Below the pieces are notes generated by a model that was not told the origin of the DNA, did not search any database, and saw nothing but the letters and a program-made list of their open reading frames with translations. The position numbers were made by a program, and so were the translations under genes. DNA of 64,000 nucleotides from Pirellulales bacterium (lineage in GTDB: Bacteria; Planctomycetota; Planctomycetia; Pirellulales; JADZDJ01): the NCBI GenBank assembly GCA_963820835.1, contig CAWGBP010000005.1:6257-70256 (forward strand), in the 5' to 3' direction. Shown here piece after piece: positions 1 to 7,675 of the stretch (positions are counted from its first letter, which is position 1; every line of letters begins with the position of its first letter).

Positions 1-37
1 AACCGACACTTCTGACGATCCAATCGCACGCTTTGTT

Positions 38-2503
38 TTGTGGCGAATTGCACGCGACATAGGAGCCAAAACGGGTGATTTCGAGATTTCAAACCTCGCA
101 ATTGAAAAGATCGACGCAAATTACAAAATCGATACTCTCTCGATGAAATTGGATACTCTAGAGGCGGTTGCCGCGCCAGAAGGAGTTCCAGATTTTCGCA
201 AACTATATCATTCAGACGAAGAGCTGCTGGCCGGGTCTCTCGCAGCCGATCGTTACGATCTTGCCAAGCGCGCTTGCGAAAACCTGACGGAGTTTGCACG
301 GAAACTCGGTGATGACCAATTAGCTTTGAAATCGCGATCTAGCTCTGAAAGGGTCGCTTCACTCTTAGTGTTATATGACGGTGTCAAAGAGGCCGAGAGT
401 GCACTCGAAAAGGACTCCGCGGATGCTAGCGCGAACTTGGTCGTGGGCAAATTTCGATGCTTCGCCAAGGAGCAGTGGGAAATTGGATTACCGTTGTTAG
501 CTCATTCGAGTGATGATGCATTGAATGCAATTTCGAAGCAGGATCTTGCGTCCCCGAAGGACCCGGCGGAACAACTCAAACTTGCGGACCAGTGGTGGGG
601 ATTGGGTGAATCTCGGCAAGGTAATGAGCAGTCAGCGATACAAAGACGTGCTGCATATTGGTACGCACAAGCAGCCCGAAAACTAAATGGCCTAGCAAGA
701 GAAAAGGCCGAAAAACGGGCGGCTTTCCTATCGAGCTCCCAGCCGACTGATACGGAGATTGAAGTTCGCGCTTCTGCTGTACCGGAACCCAAGGCCACGA
801 GAATCAAACCTCCCGATGCGGCAGCTTCCGTCGAGCGTGACGCACAGAACTGTCGAACCGCCAAAGATGGCTTATTGGTGTACAAGCTCTTTCTAGCTGA
901 TGGCCAAGTGAGCGATGACGCCAAGGATCTCGCGCGTAAGCACCTTTCAATTTGGGAAGACAGAGCAGCGAAAGACTATGTACGTCTTGGTCAAAGTTGG
1001 GTCTCCGCCGACACAGCACGGAAGGCACATGATGACGCAGAGAACTTAGTCGGGCAGGCAATCGACCTGTTCGGAACAAATAATGATTCGGCTGCGAAAG
1101 ATCGGCTTGAAAAGGCCAGCAAGCTCGACCCTGAGGCAATCAGAGCAGATTTTCTACTTGGGCTCGTGTACGTCTTGGACGACCGAAATTATAAGGTTGG
1201 TAAATCTCACTTTTCTGAATGTGTTCGACGAGAGCCCCAGGATGTTTGCTCCCTTAACAATCTGGCATTAATAGAGACTCTGACAAATGACCACGATAAC
1301 GCGCTGAAGCACTTACGCGCTGCGGTTGGTGTGGATCCACGCGCACCCGAACTCGCGAGTAACGTGCAACGAATTTTGGATCAGGTGGGAAAAAAGAACC
1401 TTTCAATTCCGTCCTCTTGTGCGAGTGGCTACGCTGACCTGTACAGTACTCTGGTCAAAGAATCTAAATCGAGCACAAAGGGTAGCAGGGGCTGGCTATA
1501 CATGCTCCCCCTGATGCCCGCCAAGCCTTCGGACGATAAGGTTGCATTAAAGTTACCAACGCTACCTGCGAATGCAGTGATTTTCGGTGGCGGTTCAGGA
1601 TTTGTGGTATCCCCACATTTCATTCTCACAAACCGGCACGTTGCAGAAAACGCCAGCGGGTTTCTTGTGAGCGATCCTGAAAATCCAGACAAACCGAAGA
1701 TGACCGCTACCCTAGGGGCGCTATCGGAAGATCACGATTTGGCTCTTCTTCGTTGCGACGAGCTGAACGCACCACCGGTGCATCTTGACGCAAAGTTTCC
1801 CGGTCGCGGCACGGACATCATGCTACTCGGCTACCCTGAGTTTTTTGAGATTGGAACTGGATTGAAATCGACTCGCGGTTCTATTGTTGGTCTTCCCGAG
1901 GCCAGCAATGAGAATATGTGCCTCTACGACGCCACTTCAAATCATGGAAATAGCGGCGGACCAGTATCGGATAACCGCGGAAATGTCATTGCAATTCATC
2001 GTGCGGGGTTCACGTTTAGTGGAAAACTGGGCGGTGGTATTCCGATTGAGCAAGCCATTAGTTTTATTTCGGATCACGTTCCGGGTTTTGGCGAAACAAC
2101 GCCAAATAAGAAAACTCTGGAGTGGTCGCAGGTTGACGCACTCGTAAGCAAATCGACTGTGTTGATACTTTGCGAGGCCGCCAAAGATCAGCGAGTGGCG
2201 ATTGGCGGAAAGATGCATTCGGAATCGATTGAAGATCGAGCGTGTGTCGCATGTCGCGGTACGGGCATGGTCCCCTGCCCAGACTGCCACGGACACGGAA
2301 CTATCACTGTTGCAAAACAAGTGGATCGTGGACCGAATCCTTTGAACGGCATTGAAATGTATGGGACCGAACACTTTCAGGAGAACTGTCGAACGTGCGG
2401 TGGCACTGGCAATGTGCGCTGCCAGGTTTGTGACGGCCGTGGAGTCGACGGCGCTCCGGATTCAAGACAGCGCACAGAGGCAGTGCGCCAGCTTAAACCG
2501 TGA
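38..2503 (+). CDS. Multidomain protein: N-terminal TPR-like helical region, trypsin-like (S1/DegP-type) serine protease domain, C-terminal DnaJ-type CxxCxGxG zinc-finger repeats
   Basis: Protease core motifs GGGSGFVVSPHFILTNRHV (His), DLALL (Asp) and HGNSGGPV (Ser). The C-terminus carries four CxxC motifs (CVACRGTG, CPDCHGHG, CRTCGGTG, CQVCDGRG) like the DnaJ CR domain. Confidence 0.6.
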   Translation: MWRIARDIGAKTGDFEISNLAIEKIDANYKIDTLSMKLDTLEAVAAPEGVPDFRKLYHSDEELLAGSLAADRYDLAKRACENLTEFARKLGDDQLALKSRSSSERVASLLVLYDGVKEAESALEKDSADASANLVVGKFRCFAKEQWEIGLPLLAHSSDDALNAISKQDLASPKDPAEQLKLADQWWGLGESRQGNEQSAIQRRAAYWYAQAARKLNGLAREKAEKRAAFLSSSQPTDTEIEVRASAVPEPKATRIKPPDAAASVERDAQNCRTAKDGLLVYKLFLADGQVSDDAKDLARKHLSIWEDRAAKDYVRLGQSWVSADTARKAHDDAENLVGQAIDLFGTNNDSAAKDRLEKASKLDPEAIRADFLLGLVYVLDDRNYKVGKSHFSECVRREPQDVCSLNNLALIETLTNDHDNALKHLRAAVGVDPRAPELASNVQRILDQVGKKNLSIPSSCASGYADLYSTLVKESKSSTKGSRGWLYMLPLMPAKPSDDKVALKLPTLPANAVIFGGGSGFVVSPHFILTNRHVAENASGFLVSDPENPDKPKMTATLGALSEDHDLALLRCDELNAPPVHLDAKFPGRGTDIMLLGYPEFFEIGTGLKSTRGSIVGLPEASNENMCLYDATSNHGNSGGPVSDNRGNVIAIHRAGFTFSGKLGGGIPIEQAISFISDHVPGFGETTPNKKTLEWSQVDALVSKSTVLILCEAAKDQRVAIGGKMHSESIEDRACVACRGTGMVPCPDCHGHGTITVAKQVDRGPNPLNGIEMYGTEHFQENCRTCGGTGNVRCQVCDGRGVDGAPDSRQRTEAVRQLKP

Positions 2504-2665
2504 GCGATGAATTGCGCCAGCGCCTGAGCCTCCGTCAAGCCGGCAAGCGTCACAATCACCTGATCTCGCCAAATGCATTTGTGTCGCGTTAAACTGCCAG
2601 CCTGGCCGTCAATTCGCTCTGCTCTAGTGGTTGCTTCTCTTTCCATCGCCGTTTACTAAGTTCAG

Positions 2666-4192
2666 GTGCGCTACTGGGCGCGGGCTTTATGCGGCGTGCT
2701 TCAAACGCTGAGAAAAACAATGATTTCAATGAAGAAGGGCGTTCGAATTCGAGAATTCGTGCTTGAGGACGAAATTGGCGTCGGGGGAAATTCCATTGTT
2801 TGGAAAGCAGTCGACACGAACCTTGGCAGAAACGTTGCGATCAAATGCCCCCTCAGAAAAGGCAGCAATCTGTCCGAAACGGAGATGGAAGAGTTCAAAC
2901 GAGAGGCACAACGCGGTGCGAAGCTCGTCCACTCGAATATCGTTCAGGTATATCAGATTATCGAAGAATCAAATGACCTATTTCTTGTTTTGGAATTTGT
3001 TGATGGAACCTCGCTTTGGGACGATTTTCGCAGTCGCGCTAAGGACGGAACGGCGCTGCCGCTGGATCAGTCGATTTCGATTCTGAAGGAGATCCTGCTA
3101 GGGCTTTCTTATGCTCATGCGCAGGGAATTTGCCACCGTGATCTCAAGCCAGCAAATATTCTGTTGACGAACAGTAGGATTCCAAAAATCGCTGACTTGG
3201 GAATCGCTCGGGCATTGTCCCCTGAACCCGTCGACGCACATGCTCATCCGTCACAGCGCCAAGGTGGAACTGGAACACCAGAATTTATGTCGCCGGAGCA
3301 AGCACGGGGAGAGGACGCTGATTTCCAATCGGATCTCTTCATGGTCGGAATCATTGGCTACTTGCTACTTTCTGGACGTCATCCATTTGCACATCCGAGC
3401 GGATTGTTTCAGGTGAGTGAGTTGTTGCTGGACGATAACTATTCTCCAGCTCCACTACGTGCATCCCCGAGTATGGCATCTGGCGATGCGAAATTGTTTC
3501 GAGAGTATGCTGCCGTGGTTGTTAGGTTGTTAGAGCGTGAACGTGCCTCGAGGTTCGCATCCGCCAGTGACGCGGTGCGAGCGATCGATGCCGTTACTCC
3601 ATTCGTGGACTGCCCGAGCTGCGGCAGCCGTCTTCCTGAAGCAAGTAGATTTTGCAGCCAGTGTGGAGAACCCATTCCCGGCGGTGCGCCGCTGTCGACG
3701 GGTTCCGTCTTACAAGGACGAACCGCTCGGGAATTGGACGACGAGGGTTTTCGATTAGCGCGGCAGCAGCGCTGGGATGAAGCGATTGTCCACTACCGCC
3801 GTTCCATCGAAATGGACGGTAAATTCCAGCGGACGTACTGGAATCTATCTTACGCACTCAATCACATTGGAGAGTATCCGAAAGCGATCGACATTGCCAC
3901 GCGAGGACTCGGGTTACCGCAAAATGAACCGCGTCATACTGCAAATCTGCTAGGTGTTCGCGCGTTCTCGTACGGCAAGTTGAAGAAGTACGATGACGCG
4001 ATCCACGATCTTACCCAAGCCATCGAAATTGACTCTAATGGGATCGAGCATCTGTATTCCCGTGGAAGAGTATATGCCTACAATGGCGATGTTGCATCGG
4101 CCCGCGCCGATGCCCGCAGTGTGCTTGCACGAAATCCGGAGCACTCGGGGGCTCTGCGATTATTGAGCGAGATAGGAGACGATCAAGCGTAA
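2666..4192 (+). CDS. Ser/Thr protein kinase with central zinc-ribbon and C-terminal TPR repeats
   Basis: Kinase motifs GVGGNSIVWKA...AIK, HRDLKPANILL, DLGIA and SPE. A zinc ribbon CPSCGSRL...CSQCGE follows, then TPR-like repeats (WNLSYAL, YSRGRVY). The true start may be the internal Met at about 2720. Confidence 0.8.
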   Translation: MRYWARALCGVLQTLRKTMISMKKGVRIREFVLEDEIGVGGNSIVWKAVDTNLGRNVAIKCPLRKGSNLSETEMEEFKREAQRGAKLVHSNIVQVYQIIEESNDLFLVLEFVDGTSLWDDFRSRAKDGTALPLDQSISILKEILLGLSYAHAQGICHRDLKPANILLTNSRIPKIADLGIARALSPEPVDAHAHPSQRQGGTGTPEFMSPEQARGEDADFQSDLFMVGIIGYLLLSGRHPFAHPSGLFQVSELLLDDNYSPAPLRASPSMASGDAKLFREYAAVVVRLLERERASRFASASDAVRAIDAVTPFVDCPSCGSRLPEASRFCSQCGEPIPGGAPLSTGSVLQGRTARELDDEGFRLARQQRWDEAIVHYRRSIEMDGKFQRTYWNLSYALNHIGEYPKAIDIATRGLGLPQNEPRHTANLLGVRAFSYGKLKKYDDAIHDLTQAIEIDSNGIEHLYSRGRVYAYNGDVASARADARSVLARNPEHSGALRLLSEIGDDQA

Positions 4193-4851
4193 CCACCCCA
4201 AATTGACGAGTCATGACCGCGCTGGCGAAACAGTCACAGTATCCAATGTTCGTCGGGCTCGCATGGGGCGGGAATGGCCTACAGCGACCCACGCTTTGCG
4301 ACGGGCGAGCTGTCCGGCAGTGGCGAGTGGACTGATCCGTCGATCAGCATGAGAAAGGCATATTCTGTCGCATTAGCGCCCAGTCCATGTGAACTTGCGT
4401 GGATGCCTTGAAGTGATGAAGCTCCCAGAGGACGGCGCGCCATCCAAGGTTGCCGATAGTTCGGAGCCACGGACTGACTCGGCGAGTGATCCGTACCCTG
4501 GCCCAACACGGTGGTGGTGTCCGAAAGTGCTATGGATCGATTCCCCAACTTAACAGGCTTCTTAACGAATCTCGCCCGAGGGTTGCCCTTGGTCATTCGC
4601 TTTGACCTGAGGAGGGCCTACGGCACTCGCTGGGCATCACGGGTAAAACCGGCGACATTACAGCTTCGAATGCGCTATGAGAGCATCGAGACGACCCTGA
4701 AATATTATGTAGCGCAATCGGCAGACGATGTAGCTAGTGAGCTTTGGAACGACAGGAGTTCAAAGTGTGGCGGAAACCGTTCAAGTGATATATGTGCGAA
4801 AACGAATCCGGCGGAACGGCGGTTAACGAGTGGATTGTATTAAACATCGGT

Positions 4852-6777
4852 TTACGGCTTTGCCATCGCTGGTTTTTGGTCTTCCGCATGGGTCGGTTCT
4901 CCAGAGCCGTTCTGGACTTCGGTGGCTTTCTGGGCTTCGACAGCTTTCTGGGCTTCGACAGCTTTTTGGGCTTCGGCGGCCTTCTGAGCTTCGGCGAGCT
5001 TGGTGAAAGCCGATAGGAAGTTTTCCGTCGATTTAACTTGTCCAGATAGCGTAGTAATCAAGGGGTCGGAGGAGCCAGCGACGATTTCTTTCAGTCGGTT
5101 AAGCAAGTCAGTTGCACGATCAGTTTGCTGCATACTTGCATAAATCTCGACCTCGCGCAACATTGCCCATATCGTCATATCCCGGCCAGGGGTGCCCTCA
5201 GGTCCGAAGTCGGAAATGAGTTTGTCAAAGGCTTCGATTGCTTTGGCCCGGTCGAGGACTTGATGCGTGACACCAATGTAGTAACGACCAATTGCGGAGT
5301 ACCTCCGTAGGCTCGAAGGATCGGCGTCGAAACGTGCCACTAATGCATCGAAGATTATGGCTGCTGCTGCATTTTCGTGCTTTACGGAATGCACATAATA
5401 GCCCTTGCAGTACATTGAGCTGCCGATGCGAGCCAGGTATTTCTCATCGGGCGCAACGTCATTGGCGCTCGTTGCAATTCGATTAAGTAAGTCGCATGCC
5501 TCGGTCACACGCTGTAGCGACTGAACTAGGTTCGGCCTTAGCACGTCATTCAGCGCCTGCATTAAAGCTTCGCACTGCCGACTATCAAAATGGGAAACGT
5601 CGAGCGCCAGGGCACGGTCGATAACTTCTTGGTAGGCGGATCGTCGTAACGAATCTCGAATTTGTTCGAGTGACTCTTCATTGGCTTCCCGTTGAAATTT
5701 CTCGAGTGTGTTGGCGTGGGAGATACGTGAGATTACGCCATTGATACCGTATAGATCTCCCGGTGTGTCGTCTTTATCGTGTATGACGGAACGTTTAAGG
5801 TGATCTGCATAAAAGCCAAGAGGGTCGGTGGTAAGTTTTGGGGCAGCCAGCGAGAAACCCTGGACGAATGCGTCCATAACCTGCTGGGCACTCAATGTCG
5901 CTTCTGACGGCCGAATGTCCACTGGGGTACTAATTCCATTTGACTCGGTTCGATTCGGTTCCTCTTTACGAGTGCCGTCTGGTAGGATGAAGCGGACATC
6001 TTGGTGCTCTCTAAGCCATTGAGGTAACGATTCGTAATCCGCGTAGCGGTAGCAAAACCAATAGAGTCGGTAGGCGAGACCCTGGCCGCTGAGGCGTCTG
6101 CGTAGAGCTGACATGATGACGTCCTCTTCCCATCCAGAATAGCCGACAACAAGCGGCGAACGCTTTGCGAGGATGCGATCGAGAAGGCTGGCCATTGTTG
6201 CGGTAGTGTTGGCTGACATGGCCGATCGATTGAGGACCTCATCCTTCAAGTTGCAACAATCGTAAAACCAGTAGGTTCCGTGCACATGGATGATTTGAAC
6301 AATGTCGTGTCGCTCTGGGTCGATTCGTACAGCTGTTTGCGGATGGTCACATTGCGTGAAGTATTTTCCGAACAAGTTGAGGCCGCCGGCAAGCTGGTCA
6401 TCGAAATTCGGGGTGACTATGATGTCAGCCAACTGTCCTGATTCGAGTATGTGAGCCAATCTTAAATTGGCCGGCGATACCGGTTTGTTGTGAATTAGCT
6501 CATGCAAATATGTGCGCCGTTCGGCCGCATGGGGATATGCACTGTCAAACCAATGTGAGTAGTTGTCCATCGTTGTTCTTCGTGTGTGATCCTTAACTAC
6601 TCCGTCTGAGATAGCTTTTGCTTGGCAATGCTCAGTTATTTCTGCCGCTAATGGGATTGGTGGGGACGAAATTCCGGCACCAACGATAAAGAAAAATGGG
6701 CGGAAATCGCTATCAGTGTGCGGTGCGCACCCTTGGCGGATTTCTCGAATAGCGGTTTTAAGGTCGATGTTGTGCAT
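4852..6777 (-). CDS. SIR2-like (SIR2_2 / DSR-ThsA-type) domain protein with long C-terminal alpha-helical region and AEAQK repeat tail
   Basis: N-terminal motifs FFFIVGAGISSPP (Gly-rich NAD site), IVTPNFDDQL (TxNxD) and IHVHGTYWF (catalytic HG). There is no P-loop. The C-terminal ~350 aa are helical. Confidence 0.65.
   Translation of the reverse strand: MHNIDLKTAIREIRQGCAPHTDSDFRPFFFIVGAGISSPPIPLAAEITEHCQAKAISDGVVKDHTRRTTMDNYSHWFDSAYPHAAERRTYLHELIHNKPVSPANLRLAHILESGQLADIIVTPNFDDQLAGGLNLFGKYFTQCDHPQTAVRIDPERHDIVQIIHVHGTYWFYDCCNLKDEVLNRSAMSANTTATMASLLDRILAKRSPLVVGYSGWEEDVIMSALRRRLSGQGLAYRLYWFCYRYADYESLPQWLREHQDVRFILPDGTRKEEPNRTESNGISTPVDIRPSEATLSAQQVMDAFVQGFSLAAPKLTTDPLGFYADHLKRSVIHDKDDTPGDLYGINGVISRISHANTLEKFQREANEESLEQIRDSLRRSAYQEVIDRALALDVSHFDSRQCEALMQALNDVLRPNLVQSLQRVTEACDLLNRIATSANDVAPDEKYLARIGSSMYCKGYYVHSVKHENAAAAIIFDALVARFDADPSSLRRYSAIGRYYIGVTHQVLDRAKAIEAFDKLISDFGPEGTPGRDMTIWAMLREVEIYASMQQTDRATDLLNRLKEIVAGSSDPLITTLSGQVKSTENFLSAFTKLAEAQKAAEAQKAVEAQKAVEAQKATEVQNGSGEPTHAEDQKPAMAKP
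4912..5001. repeat. Five tandem 18-bp units (ctgggcttcgacagcttt-like) inside the 3' end of the SIR2-like gene, encoding an (AEAQKA)n tail
   Basis: Direct reading of the DNA: units at 4912, 4930, 4948, 4966 and 4984. The minus-strand protein tail reads KLAEAQKAAEAQKAVEAQKAVEAQKATE. Confidence 0.85.
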
Positions 6778-6810
6778 GGCGGGTCTTGCCAGTAAGGTAC
6801 TTGACCGAAC

Positions 6811-7518
6811 TTACGTCGGAACGTGCCACCATGCGACGCTATCTAGAGCCAGCCGCGACTCCGGGATCAAGCGTTCGACCTGTTCCAACCGGAGAATGTC
6901 AGTGTGTCGTCTTGCAGCTTGAACGGTTTGGTCAAAGTTAGGATTTCGGATGGCGGCTTGCAGTACGTCAAGCGACGCTGTTTTACTCAGGTCGCGTAGC
7001 ATAATTGCATTTTGACAGCCTTGCATAGCTCGTAGCAATTCGTTCGTTGTCTGCGGAAGCCCATTTTTGATAGGAACATGCACGGCAAGTGTCTTATTCT
7101 GACGTTCGACAGCCGCGCCAAAGGCCCACTCAAGCTGCTCATTACCTTGCATTTCCACCCAATACGCCTCTTTGTTTGGCACGTCTACTATGACGAATGC
7201 GGCCGGCACATGGATCTCTCGGAGATAGTATCGGGCCTTTTCAATGCTCAAATCACGGAAGCTAATGGTAGTTCCATTGTCGATAACTTCCAGCTTAAGC
7301 GTTCCCTTTTGCTGTACTTTGAATATGTCTCCACTCGGTTGATCTCCTGCATGCATGAGTTCAATCTCGTAATCGATACCAAAGTCTTCCTGGTCCTGCT
7401 GGTTCCGTGCAACCAGCCTAGACGGTAGCTTGTCTAAAAAGACGCGGTCTGCAGCCCGGCTGATTTCTTTTGGTGTCATTTCTGGGACGGACATCAGTTT
7501 TCGTCCATTTGGCGGCAA
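6811..7518 (-). CDS. Hypothetical protein with PD-(D/E)xK-like core (DUF4365-like), co-operonic with the SIR2-like gene
   Basis: DFGIDYEIEL...GDIFKVQQKGT gives a D..ExE..QxK arrangement. Then ARYYL...PAAFVIVDV...AYWVEMQ. The gene lies 33 nt upstream of the SIR2 gene on the same strand, with an AT-rich putative promoter at 7519-7675. Confidence 0.4.
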   Translation of the reverse strand: MPPNGRKLMSVPEMTPKEISRAADRVFLDKLPSRLVARNQQDQEDFGIDYEIELMHAGDQPSGDIFKVQQKGTLKLEVIDNGTTISFRDLSIEKARYYLREIHVPAAFVIVDVPNKEAYWVEMQGNEQLEWAFGAAVERQNKTLAVHVPIKNGLPQTTNELLRAMQGCQNAIMLRDLSKTASLDVLQAAIRNPNFDQTVQAARRHTDILRLEQVERLIPESRLALDSVAWWHVPT

Positions 7519-7675
7519 TTAAAGCTGGAAGTGCATCGTAATGTGCATCTCTAAACTATTAACCGCCGTTTCGAGAGAATTTTTTTCACGCCGTAAAGGC
7601 ACTCCCGCCTATAAGTAACTTCACGGGATCATCGCATTTCACACAACAATATGACTGGAACCTGGCTTCATGATT

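Noticed and set aside
4193-4851. Possible intact tRNA or direct repeat of the att fragment in the 650-bp non-coding gap (for example the ggatcgattcccc motif near 4535)
   Set aside because: The T-loop-like motif has A at position 54 and no acceptable stems. No copy of gggttcaagtccc or of the 47-nt fragment is present. The low GC continues to position 1, so the island's left end is probably outside the window.
4912-5001. CRISPR-like array
   Set aside because: The repeats are contiguous 18-bp units with no spacers and lie in-frame inside a CDS. They are coding tandem repeats, not CRISPR.
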